This document shows positions 38,292 to 50,786 of a DNA stretch of 64,000 bases, in pieces. A program made the translations under genes and the position numbers. Position 1 is the first letter of the stretch; every line of letters starts with the position of its first letter. The notes below the pieces were generated by a model that searched no databases, was not told where the DNA came from, and saw only the letters and a program-made list of their open reading frames with translations. This DNA is from Mobula hypostoma (Eukaryota), in contig NC_086097.1 in NCBI RefSeq assembly GCF_963921235.1, forward strand, positions 251,226,001 through 251,290,000. The letters are read 5' to 3'.

Positions 38292-38309
38292 TTCCTATTC
38301 ACATAGTGT

Positions 38310-40740
38310 GTTGAAATAACTATCGAGTTTAGATTTGAAAGTCTCTACGGTACTACTCTCAACTATATAACTAGGTAGTTTATTCCATGTGTCCACAACT
38401 GACTGTATAAAGAAATGCTTCCTGATGTTAGTCTGAAATTTCCCTTCAACCAGTCTCTACCTTTAACCCCATGTCCTTGCTGATGGATTAATTTTGAAGT
38501 ACCAGCTAGCATCCACCTTACCCTAAATGATTTTGAACATTTCTGTCATGTCTCCTTCTATTCTACGCCTACTTAGGCTAAAAAACATTTAATTCTTTCA
38601 ATCTTTCTTCATAGTTCATACCCTGCAGACCTGAACTGAGTCTCGTTGTCCATCTCTGAATTCTCTCCAGCGCTTCACATCCCTCACAAAATACAGAGAG
38701 AGCAAAATTGTACACAGGTACTCAAGGTGTGGCGTCACAAGGGCATTATACAGCTTGAACTCCACTGAGCGCATTATATAACCCAACATTCTATGAGCCT
38801 TCCTAATCGCTTCTGTCCATTGTCTAGATGTGGATAGTGATGAGTCTATCAGGCTGCCCAAATCCTTCTCATACAGTGCACTTTCTAACTTGACCATCTC
38901 CCCCCATTGTATATTTATATCTAATATTTCTACTTCCTATATGTAATATTTTACACTTACCTACATTAAATTTCATCTGCCATTTATCTGCTCACATCTG
39001 GATTTTGTTTAGATCTAACTGTATTGATTCTGCTGCCTGAATGTTATCAGCCTGTTCTCCGAATTTTGTGTCATCTGCAAATTTCACTAGTTTATTTGTT
39101 ATATACTTATCCAAATTATTAATACAAATTAAAAACAGCAGCAGCCCCAAAACTGATCCCTGCGGAACCCCACTTTTAACATCTAAGTGTGAAGATGATC
39201 TTCTCACCATAAGGGGACTGTCTTGTCTCCCTTTCTCTTCACCATTTACACCTCGGACTTCAACTACTGCACAGAGTCTTGTCATCTTCAGAAGTTTTTG
39301 GATGACTCTGCCATAGTTGGATGCATCAGCAAGGGAGATGAGGCTGAGTACAGGCTGAGATGAGGCTACGGTAGGAAACTTTGTCACATGGTGTGAGCAG
39401 AATTATCTGCAGCTTAATGTGAAAAAGACTAAGGAGCTGGTGGCTAAGGTACCGGTGACCCCTGTTTCCATCCAGGGGGTCAGTGTGGACATGGTGAAGG
39501 ATTACAAATACCTGGGGATACGAATTGACAATAAACTGGACTGGTCAAAGAACACTGAGGCTGTCTACAAGAAGGGTCAGAGCCGTCTCTATTTCCTGAG
39601 GAGAGTGAGGTCCTTTAACATCTGCCGGACGATGCTGAGGATGTTCTACGAGTTTGTGGTGGCCAGTGCTATCATGTTTGCTGTTGTGTGCTGGGGCAGG
39701 AGGCTGAGGGCAGCAGACACCAACAGAATCAACAAACTCATTCGTAAGGCCAGTGATGTTGTGGGGATGGAACTGGACTCTCTGACAGTGGTGTCTGAAA
39801 AGAGGATACTGTCTAAGTTGCATGCCATCTTGGTCAATGTCTCCCATCCACTACATAATGTACTGGGTGGGCACAGGAGTACATTCAGCCAGAGACTCAT
39901 TCCACCGAGATGCAGCACAGAGCGTCATAGGAAGTCATTCCTGCCTGTGGCCATCAAACTTTACAACTTCTCCCTTGGAGGGTCAGACACCCTGAGCCAA
40001 TAGGCTGGTCCTGGACTTATTTCATAATTTACTGGCATAATTTACATATTACTATTTAACTATTTATGGTTCTATTACTATTTATTATTTATGGAGCAAC
40101 TGTAATGAAAACCAATTTCCCCCAGGATTAATAAAGTATGACTATGACTATAACTTGCTGTTTTCTGCTTTTAAGCCAATTCTGCACCCTTTTGCACATC
40201 TTACCCTGAATCCCTACCTCCTGTAATTTGTTTATCAACCTCTTGTGGGGTATATTGCCAAAAGCCTTCTGAAAGTCTAAGGAAATGATATCAACCACTA
40301 TTATTTATCATTATCATAAATTTTAGTTGCCTCTTCATAGAACTCCAGCATATTAGTAAAACATGATTTCTCCTTTCTGAATCCATGTTGGCTTTCTGCT
40401 AACATGCCTGTTCTTATCATCTGCTTTTCCATCTCATTCTTTATTAATGTTTCCATTATCTTCCCTGCAATACATGTTAAGTTGACTGGTCTATAGTTAC
40501 CAGGATCAGTGCGGTCCCCCTTCTTATATACTGGGACAACATTAGCCCATTTCTAGCCCTTAGGGATTTCACCAGTCTTCACTGACTTTTGAAAAATACG
40601 TGTTAGGGGTTTGTTTGTATAATCACAGACCTCTAAGCATCCGTGGATACATGTTGTCTGGCCCTGGAGATTTATTAACTTTCAGCCTTTCCAGCTGAAG
40701 CAGGACCTCACTTTCTAAGATCTCCAAGTCATTTAAAACA
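38310..40740 (-). mobile_element. Divergent CR1 LINE fragment split by a Rex insertion
   Basis: [29 protein letters not shown]; resumes at ~40152. Confidence 0.8.
39212..40151 (+). mobile_element. Rex1/Babar-type LINE 3' fragment
   Basis: ORF 39419..40003 (KTKELV, YKYLG, SRLYFLRR, SFLPVAIKLYN); AATAAA plus (CTATGA)n tail. Confidence 0.88.
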
Positions 40741-40976
40741 CATGCAACACATTCTAAAGCTTAGAGAAATTATCAGCAGAAAATGACTTACATAATTAGT
40801 ATTTAATTCAGTTCTAGCAGAAAACTTAAATTAAAGAAAGAGAACTCAGCAAATCGAGCCATGTAAGGGAATAAACAGTCAACTTTTGAGACGAAGACGC
40901 TTCATCAAGACTGGAAAGGAAGGGAGCAGAAGCCAGAATAAGGTGGATTAGTATAAGGAGTTTGAATTACACTTAC

Positions 40977-41063
40977 CTTCCTAATCGGTCGAAAACGGGT
41001 GCACTTGGTTTGCTGACGTTGTTGAAAAATAGATCCAATTGAAAAGCATGTGGGGAAGTCTCC
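40977..41063 (-). CDS. VIRMA: VIRMA coding exon 3 (ETSPHAFQLDLFFNNVSKPSAPVFDRLG)
   Basis: 87 nt; CTTCAG acceptor, AG|GTAAGT donor; phase 2 to 2. Confidence 0.97.
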
Positions 41064-41875
41064 CTGAAGAAAATTAAATATTACATTTCAAACGAAAGAC
41101 TACATTCTGACCTGCAGAATTTACATCAAAAAATAAGTATAAAATCCTAATTATTTGTCTGTCTGTCCGTAGTTTAAATAATTCACAAGTACTTTTTCTC
41201 TCTTGATAAATAGATAATTATTTAATCATCCATTTTAGATGCAAATATACATGAATATGTTCCTTAAGGTTGTCATAGCTGAGTGGGGTAGTGGAGATAA
41301 GCTACCATGATGTGCTTCTCAAATAGCTTTTGCCAATTAAGTCCAGCTCCTGGCCTTCACCTGTGGCTTAGCTACTAAGACTGGCAGAATTGTATTCTGA
41401 CAGGAAAAGTGGCAATGGCAGGTTACTGACTACTTAAAACGCAGTCACCATGAGCAGATGGGCCTCATCAGCCGTAGTCGCCACCTCATCTAACAGAAAG
41501 AAAATTCCGATCGCAAACCTCTGCTGTCTTGCGGCTATACCCACTCATGGGGAAGTCTCTGGGAGTAAACCCTGAGGAAAAATCCAGAGCTGGAGTCCCT
41601 AAGGCAGTCCTACATTGGGTTCAGCACTGACTGGCAACTCCTGTAATACTGCTGGTGCCAAACTGTATCAGTCTCTACCGCTCCTTTGGATTTATCTGCT
41701 GCATGAAGAGGAGGAGCCTGATACCTGGGTAACAACTTGCTCTCCATATCGTACTGCCCTGGCTTCCGTATGACAGCTAAGATACAACATCCATGGTCAA
41801 CCCTGAGTAATGGATGGTCTCCTTACAAAAACAAGACCACGTTCCAGAGAGATATCCCCACCCATTGTCACTTAC

Positions 41876-41991
41876 CCATACGCCCTGCTGTCAGGCAGGC
41901 TATTGTGAGCTTTAACTCCTGGAGGAATGACACGAACTTCATTTATGTAAACCACACAAGGAAAGCGGACTACATCCACGTGGGTGTTTTG
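41876..41991 (-). CDS. VIRMA: VIRMA coding exon 2 (QNTHVDVVRFPCVVYINEVRVIPPGVKAHNSLPDSRAYG)
   Basis: 116 nt; TTTCAG acceptor, GG|GTAAG donor; phase 0 to 2; virilizer N-terminal domain sequence. Confidence 0.97.
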
Positions 41992-42212
41992 CTGAAAGAT
42001 ATAAGAAAGCTCTTAAGTTTGGTTTTTGTATTTGAGCTCCAATTTTCAGACCGTGTTTTTCAATTACATGAGTGACATCTGTACAGGCATGTCATATCTA
42101 CATTTTTCTGTCGTTACACATTCCATCTTTACGCAAGAAACCTATATGGAGGGGTGGGGCCTGGAGAAAAATGAGGCAAATGCAAGATATTGGGACTATC
42201 TAGGTGGACAAC

Positions 42213-42474
42213 TTAACTCCGCCATGGACAGTCCCAAGCCCGGGCTGCAAAAGCAGGAGGGTTGGACATGAGGCTTGCAACCCCATCCCATAAAAACCCA
42301 GAGTTATAGGGATGCAAACAGAAGCAAAAAAGACCTCATCCCTGAGAGAGGAAGGATACATCAAGATGGGTTACACCTGGGGACACTTGAAGACTGGCCC
42401 AGGACAGAGGACTCCGGGGAGCTACTCTCGATGGCCTATGCCTCAGTAGGAGAGATGGGCTTAGATAAGTTAAG
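42213..42474 (+). mobile_element. Bipartite RTE-derived non-autonomous retroposon, copy 2
   Basis: 12-bp TSD TAGGTGGACAAC at 42201-42212 and 42475-42486; GTCCCAAGCCCGG..GGAGGGTTG head; 3' part reads LAQDRGL...GLC; TAAG-type tail. Confidence 0.8.
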
Positions 42475-42641
42475 TAGGTGGACAACATGGTTGGCATAGC
42501 TATGATGGGCTGAAGGTCCTGTATCCATGCTTATAGCTCTATAGCCTTTGCAAGAAATTGACTGGAAAATCCTACAAAAGTACTGGCTACTCCATCATGG
42601 GTAAAGCCCTGCAATCCAGGGTGAAACATAGAGAAAAAGTG

Positions 42642-43152
42642 GTTATGTTGAATTCCACAGGTAAACAAAAGTATTGTCGTCGAAAATCTTGCCCGTCGTA
42701 TCGTTCCAAATCCACATACGAGTTATCACCGAAAGTGACTTGTCACAAAGAGATCGTCTTCAAGTGATTACCACACAACATACGCAGGCAAGGGTTAACA
42801 CATAAGTGGTCTCCACAGGATATCCCAAACAAAATCCCCTCCTTTGGATTATACGAAGTGACAGTCCCACATTTGTTGTGCACCGTGTGCCAATATTTAA
42901 CCCAATCTTTTGGGCTTAAAAGAGTTTCAAACCATTGCAGTGACCAGTTGAAGTTTCAGCAGCTGGTCTCCTTCTCTCTCCTTCTCTCTCTCTCTCTGCT
43001 GCTGCTATGACTGCAACTACTGATAAAGTCTTTCTCTCCCTGTGGTCAAGCTCACAGTCAGTAGTGTCAGCTTGTGACTGACGTCATAGTCCCTCCTCAC
43101 TTAGGCGCTCTTAAAGTGACAGTCTACAGTACGAAACCCGCAGGTTTGTAAC
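42642..43152 (-). mobile_element. Probable solo LTR (511 bp)
   Basis: GTTA...TAAC termini with AGTG at 42638-42641 and 43153-43156; shares GACTGTCACTTTAAG with the 8314 LTR; terminal TG/CA imperfect. Confidence 0.55.
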
Positions 43153-44872
43153 AGTGAGTCAATAGGTTGTGGGAACCTTCACTAGGGCAAGTGAAGTTGA
43201 GTGAAGTTATCCCCTTTGGTTGAAGAGCCTGATGTTTGAGGGGTTCTATTCTACTCGATTCACTGTATATGCCCACAAGAAAATGAATCTCAGGGTTGGA
43301 CATGGTGACATGTACTGTGTGCACTTTGATTATAAATTTACTTTAAACTTGATTCTCTGGTCTACATAGCACCCTGTCTACAAAACACTGTGCAGCATAC
43401 CAAATAACAAGAAAATGGTGGCTTTGCTGAAACACACCTTATGAAAATCAGGTTTGATATCACTGGCATATGCTGTGGAATTTATTGCTATGCAGCAACA
43501 GTACAGAGCAATATATAATAACAAAACCATAAATTAAAATAAATACATATATAAAAATTAAATTAAGAAAGTAGTGTAAAAAGAGCAAAAAAATACTGAG
43601 AAAGTGTTTGTGGGTTCACTGTCCATTCAGAAATCCTATGGCAGAGGGGAAGAAGCTGATCCTGAAACTTTGACTGTGCACCTTCAGGTTCCTGTACCTC
43701 ATCCCTGATAGTTACAACAGAAAAGAGGATGTACTGGGCGATGGGGGTCCTTAATTATGGATGCCGCCTTTCTGAGGCATCGCCCTGGATGCTGATGAGG
43801 TCAGTCCCCACAATGGAGCTGGCTGAGTTCACAACTTTCTGCAGCGTTTTCCAGTCCTGTGCAGTGGCCCCTCCATACCAGACGATGATGTAAAACCAGT
43901 TAGAATGCTCTCAATAGTACACCTGTAGAAATTTATGAGTATCTTTGGAGGGAACTCTTAAAGAACAGAAACAAAATTGAGAATATGCCAGAATTCCCTT
44001 TATTTGGGACACTACGCTGCTTAATTGGGGCAGAAGACTGTTGCCAAACAGTTTCTAACTAGCTTCAGTAGCGTGTGCTTGCGTGACTGTTAGACCCTAC
44101 CCCATGCTTGGAGCAATCAGTTTTTAAATACTGTCAGTTGCATGTGTTTGTGTTCAAAAAGCAGTGACTTTTGTCACTGATACTTGGTGGTAAATAAGCA
44201 GTAAGACAATTCAGAACTGTTTTGGTCACTGTGCTTTCAAACATTGAGGCTTGGATATGCCAGCAATGGCCAGGAGTGAAAATTAAATGATTTCACTACT
44301 TCAACAAGTCAGGAGTCAATAACTATCTTTCGGCTCGAAGCGCCAACTGCATCTTTTTCACAGATGCTGCCTGGCCTGTTGAGTTCCTCCAGCATTTTGT
44401 GTGTGTTGCTATGGAACAGACAAGGTTGATAAACTTATCAACTATGACGGAGAGAAACGACAGCTGAGGAAAAAGGCATTAGAAAATGCACGAGCAGATA
44501 TGAAAGAAACAGACTGGGAGAATGGAATGGAGCCCTTTCAGAGAGTGATGTACAAAAAAGTCAAAGAGGGAAAGGAAGGAATCAAACAAAGATCACTTCA
44601 AAGTGAGAGCAGGGTGGAAATCAGTAAAGGCAATGAAACATTCAAGTTCTGTATAATAGCAGGAAGGCAGCAGCAACATTTTAATTCAATGTTACAGAAA
44701 AAGGAAAGCGGGACGGTTTAAGTTGGACTGAAACGAGCAATATTTTGTCTACACTTTTCATGCCTCAGTAAACAGCTAGCATAATCAAAACCCCACCCAC
44801 CTCTAACATTCTCTGTTCTCCACTCTCCATTGGGTAAAAGATACAAACACTTGAGACCACATACTGCCAGGC

Positions 44873-47800
44873 CAGTGGCGTATCTAAGGTATGGCAAGTA
44901 TGGCACGTGCCCTGGGTGCCACTTGAAGGGGGGCACCACTGAGCAGTTTCTATTAAAGTCAGACAAGCCATCCTCGGACAGTGAAAAAGAATTTTCTTCA
45001 GATGTATGATCTGTCTTTGATTATCATGGGTAAGAAGCACTAGGATGGCCTTATTTCAGAGCATTGTGTAAGAAGACCATGAAGGAGGAAAGTGGAGCTG
45101 AAGGACGAAAAAGACGTAAGTTGGAGGCAGAGGAAGCCAAGATGTCGAGCAAGTTCTTCATGCTCTTCTTTGAAAAGCTTGCAACAAGTAGTTCGACGCG
45201 TTCCATGGAGTCACCTGTACCTGCTACAAGTTTGTTAGAATCCGAAGATGGATCAAGTACAAATGCGTCACAAGCCGAGGTGGAAGTCAAGTCAGATAAA
45301 TCCGAGTATGACGAGATTAAGAGTGAGGCTGCCACAGAGAATGTGGACATGACAGGAGGGGAAGACAATGGTGGTGGCGGTGGTGATGTTGAGTTTATTG
45401 ACGAGATTTTACCTGACGAGATTGAACCTGACGACACTGAACCTAGTGAACTGGATGGTGTCAAAGAGCCTGGAACTGTCATATCAGAAGTATTGAACAG
45501 CATGACATTGGACTTCTGAAGTTCGACAAGGATACTGGAAAAGCAATTCTGCCTGACGCGTTGAGAACAGAAATAATAAAGCTGGGTTCAAAGTATTTCC
45601 AGAATAGTGACGGCCTTTCCTACTAACAAATAATCGCTCAATGAACAAAACTTGGTTCAAGAGGAAATTGGGAAATGGTCATGGTGAGGAAGTGACTCGC
45701 TCATGGCTGGTCTATTCCCCTTCTAAAAAGTCTGCATTTTGTATCTGTTGTCTTCTCTATTCCCGGTCAGACCATCAATCCTCACTGGAGCAGGAAAGTG
45801 GATTCAACCAGTGGAAAGCACCTGAAACATTAGTGTTCATGAAAATGCCAAGAATCATCGGGAATGCTTCACACAGTGGAAAGAAATGGAAAGACATTTA
45901 GCTGGAAGCAGAAGAGTTATTAACATGGCATTTCAGTCGCAGATTGAGAAGGAAAAGTAGAAGTGGTGTGATATCTTGACGAGAATCCTTCACTGCATAA
46001 AATTCCTTGTGACTCAGAACGTGGCTTTGCAAGGACACAGGGAGTCACTTCAGCTAGACCATGACTCCAAAGTGGGAAATTTCCTTGGCTTACTGAAACT
46101 ACTGGCCATCTTTGACCCTGTCATAAAAGAACACCTCACTCATTTGGAAAGAAATCCTGGATCTACGTCTTATCTTTCACCAGGTGTCCAGAACGAATTT
46201 ATTCACATGTATGGCATCCACTGTTCGCCAGAGTTTAACATAGAACATAGAATAGTACAGCACATTACAGGCCCTTCAGCCCACAAACCCTGCCTCCCAT
46301 ATAACCCCCCACCTTAAATTCCTCCATATACCTGTCCAGTAGTCTCTTAAACTTCACGAGTGTATCTGCCTCCACCACTGACTCAGGCAGTGCATTCCAC
46401 GCACCAACCACTCTCTGAGTAAAAAACCTTCCTCTAATATCCCCCTTGAACTTCCCACCCCTTACCTTAAAGCCATGTCCTCTTGTATTGAGCAATGGTG
46501 CCCTGGGGAAGAGGCGCTGGCTATCCACTCTATCTATTCCTCTTAATATCTTGTATACCTCTATCATGTCTCCTCTCATCCTCCTTCTCTCCAAAGAGTA
46601 CAGCCCTAGCTCCTTTAATCTCTGATCACAGTCCATACTCTCTAAACCAGGCAGCATCCTGGTAAATCTCCTCTACCCTTTCCAATGCTTCCACATCCTT
46701 CCTATAGTGAGGCAACCAGAGGTGACCAGAACTGGACACAATACTCCAAGTGTGGCTTAACCAGAGTTTTATAGAGCTGCATCATTACATCGCGACTCTT
46801 AAACTCTATCCCTCGACTTATGAAAGCTAACACCCCAGAAGCTTTCTTAACTACCCTATCTACCTGTGAGGCAACTTTCAGGGATCTGTGGACATGTACC
46901 CCAAGATCCCTCTGCTCCTCCACACTACCAAGTATCCTGCCATTTACTTTGTACTCTGCCTTGGAGTTTGTCCTTCCAAAGTGTACCACCTCACACTTCT
47001 CTGGGTTGAACTCCATCTGCTACTTCTCAGCCCACTTCTGCATCCTATCAATGTCTCTCTGCAATCTTCGACAATCCTCTACACTATCTACAACACTACC
47101 AACCTTTGTGTCATCTGCAAACTTGCCAGCCCATCCTTCTACCCCCACATCAAGGTCGTAAATAAAAATCACGAAAAGTAGAGGTCCCAGAACAGATCCT
47201 TGTGGGACACCATTAGTCACAATCCTCCAATCTGAATGTACTCCCTCCACCACGACCCTCTGACTTCTGCAGGCAAGCCAATTCTAAATCCACCTGGCCA
47301 AACTTCCCTGGATCCCATGCCTTTCTGAATAAGCCTACCATGTGGAACCTTGTCAAATGCCTTACTAAAATCCATGTAAATCACATCCACTGCACTACCC
47401 TCATCTAGATGCCTGGTCACCTCAAAGAACTCTATCAGGTTTGTTAGACACGATCTGCTCTTCACAAAGCTATGCTGACTGTCCCTGATCAGACCATGAT
47501 TCTCTAGGCAGGTCAACATGAAAATATCAAGACCTGAAGAGCTTCTTGATTTTTTGTTCAGTATGGAGATGAGAGCGTCTTCCCCAATCTTCGCATTGCT
47601 ATTCAGATAATGCTAACCATCGCAGTTTCCATCGCCAGCTGTGAGAGATCATTCAGCAAGTTAAAACTAATACTTTCATATCTGAGAGCCTCCATGGGTC
47701 AAGGCAGACTCTGTGATCTTGCTCTGCTGAGTATAGAAAGAGAAGAAACTGAAAAACCTGATTTTGATCACATCATAGACCAATTTGCATCAGTGAAAGC

Positions 47801-47985
47801 AAGGAAGGTGCAGTTATAATTTTCATGTCGTGCCATAATTCGTTAATTAAAAGATTAATGAGCTTGACTTGTATTTTTGAGCTGATGTTATGGTAAAGTT
47901 CTCTAAAAGGTGGGTGTCAGATGTTTGGACAGGGGCGCAATTTCAATGCTTGCCACAGGCACTATTTTCCGTAGATACACCCCTG
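44873..47985 (+). mobile_element. hAT DNA transposon (TTF-type zinc finger/DUF4371-type transposase), disrupted
   Basis: TIRs CAGTGGCGTATCTA / TAGATACACCCCTG; 8-bp TSD TGCCAGGC at 44865-44872 and 47986-47993; RSWLVYS..FCICC, GNFLGLL, YLSPGVQNEFI, SCERSFSKLKLI motifs. Confidence 0.93.
46237..47510 (-). mobile_element. 5'-truncated CR1 LINE inside the hAT transposase
   Basis: ORFs 47217..47519, 47020..47253, 46702..47016, 46265..46657; ACATAGA tail repeats. Confidence 0.9.
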
Positions 47986-49815
47986 TGCCAGGCTCAAAGA
48001 CAGCTTCTATCCCACTGTTATCAGATTCTTGCGCAGACATCTGATATAAGATATACTCTTGGCCTTGCAATCTGCCTCTTTATTATCTTGCACTTTATCA
48101 TTTACCTGCACAACATTCTTTGATAGCTTTTACACTTCATTGTTTTACCTTATTCTAGCATATTGCACAGTGATCTGTATGAACATTGCAAAACAAGTTG
48201 TTTTTACTGTATCTTGGAACACATGACAATAATAAACCAAAACCATGTAACCCACAAAGATCTAGGTTTCACAGTTCAACATACAAAGTATGTTTACCAT
48301 GCTCAATTTTGAGATTCAATAGAACTGTGTAATAACTATTAGTAAGGATATGGAGGGCTATGGTTCCAGTGCAGGTCATTGAAAGTGGGCAACTTAAATG
48401 GTTTCAGCATTGACTAGATGCGCTGAAGGGCCTGTTTCTGTGCTGTGCTTCTCTGTGACTCTAATTCACAAAAAAAACATGCACCTTAAAGACGGTCGAA
48501 CATCCAATGTGTGAAAAAGAACAAATCATGCAAACGATAAAAAGTAAATAAATAATACACAGAATGTGAATTTCAGAGTCCCCCAAGAGTGGTTGAGTCT
48601 ACACCGTGATAGATTCCACAACTATGCCTTTTATCTGGAGATAGCGTAAGTTGGATGTTTAGGCTATAGAAAGTTGTTCAGTGCTGATAAAGTTTCCGTC
48701 CAAGTGACAGATGGGAATTTATTTAGTGTGTAGTTTTCCATTGATTCTATTGTTCTACTGTGAATAGCCACAAGAAAATGAATCTCAAGGCAGTATATGG
48801 TGACATATATATACTTTGATCATAAATTTACTTGGAACTTTGAACTTTATTGGGCTTCCATTCAAGCAAAATGGCTGTGCCATTCTGGGATGGAATTGTC
48901 AACTGATTAAACAGCCATGGAAATAGAAAACCACTGAAGACCTTGGACATGTTGCAAAATTCACATACAATGAGATCAAAGAGGAGAATATAAAGAACAA
49001 ACAGGAGGCTCCAGTTCAACTTACCATCTCCAATAATAGATTCCCATTCTCCTCACACCTTCCCATTCTGCTACAGAAAATGTATCAACTGTCTTTTTAC
49101 ATGACCAGAGTCCTAGATGCTATTTTCAGGTATATCTAATTTAGCACTCTACTCTCATTATGGCATCTGTAACATTAGGCAATTACTTTGCAAAACGGTT
49201 TAGTCTACAGAAGGATATTATTACCTGTCACTTCAATTCTACATTCCACTCATCACCAATGATCTCCGACAAAACTCAAACTAATCTTGAGGAACATCAC
49301 TCACTGGAAACATCAGTCTTCCAGACTCAGCAATGAATTCTACAATTTCAGATGGTTAGTCATTCTATCCCAGTCCATTTTATTGCAATTCTATTTTAGT
49401 CTCTTAAATGTTAATGATCTCCCTCAAAAAATAATTGGCGGGTCAGTTTTCTTGAACTACACTCCTAAACTGTGAAATCCAATACCTAAAACTATAAGGG
49501 ATTCAGTTCAGTTGACACTAGCTCAAAACCTATTTATTTAAGCATGCTTTTAATTAATGTCTTTTTGTCTTTTATTTTTATGCTTGCACTTTATCCCATG
49601 GTAAGACACTTTGAATGAAAAGTGCTCTATATTACTATATTTTATCCTCATAGCTTTAATTTCCAGCAGTTAAGATTCTGTATGATTTATCATTTCACTC
49701 CTTTTGTAATCTCCCAGCCTCTAACCCCCTCTTTCACACTAACATTCCCTTTTGTCCTCTCTGGATGCCTCCTTTTCTTTGGTTTGGTCTATTATCAATG
49801 TCATATGTACCAAAG

Positions 49816-50036
49816 CTCTGCCACGGATGGTCCCAAACCCGGTTGTGAAAGGAGGGGGCATGCGGCTAGCAACCCCATCCTGTAAAAACCAAGAGCTACA
49901 GAAACACCAACAGAAGCTCCAAAGACCTCATCCCTGAGAGAGGAGAATATGAAGAAAACAGGGGCAACTTTAAAGACTGGCTCAGGATAGAGGACTCTGA
50001 CGAGTTGTTGTAGGGGTGATGGGTTTAAGTAAGTAA
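49816..50036 (+). mobile_element. Bipartite RTE-derived non-autonomous retroposon, copy 3 (internally deleted)
   Basis: Same head CTCTGCCA.GGATGGTCCCAA.CCCGG and (TAAG)n tail; TSD not clear. Confidence 0.7.
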
Positions 50037-50786
50037 TATACAGTGAAAAGCTTGTCTTGCATACCATTCATAGAGATCATTTCACTACAATGGTGTATAA
50101 GTAGTAAGAGTTAGTACAAGGTAAAACATTATAACTGCAGCACAGATCTCAGACCCTCAATAATTTTTATCAATGCACATAGAAAACACCCTATCTGGAT
50201 GTTTCACGGCTCAATATGGCAACTGCTCTATGCCTGACTGCTAAAACTGCAGAGAATTATGAACACAGCTCAGCATATCACGGAAACCAGACGCTGCCTG
50301 CATTTTTTGCTGCCTCAGTGAAGCAGCCAACGTAAACAAAGACCTCACTCACCCCGGACATTCTCTCTTCTCCTCCCCTGACATTGCCTGAAAGCACATA
50401 CCATCAAACCCAAGGACTGCTTCAATCCTGCCATCATCAGAAGATAATCAGTGTAACATCTCCCAGTTACGATGGCAGTTCATCCAGCACATAAATTCAT
50501 AAAAACAAGTCATAAATGCAATTACAAAGAAAGCACCGCAGTGCCTTTGTTTCCTTGAGAATTGTGAAGATTTGGCATGACATCTAAAACTTAGACAAAA
50601 TTCTGTGGATTAGACCCACTGCCATTTGCCTATTGCCACAATTGATCTGCTGCGAACATGATCTCATTGGCTATTTATGTGGCCTTGGATCACCTGGACA
50701 AGACAAATACACATGTCAGGATGCTGTTTATTGACTAAAGCTCAGCATTTAACACAATTATTCCTACAGTTCTGATTGAAAAGCTA

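Noticed and set aside
43990..44320. Possible Tigger/pogo-like MITE remnant
   Set aside because: No paired TIR or TSD could be identified
45064..45519. Acidic 151-aa ORF resembling a host gene exon
   Set aside because: Lies inside the hAT TIRs, upstream of and colinear with the transposase zinc finger; interpreted as the transposase N-terminus
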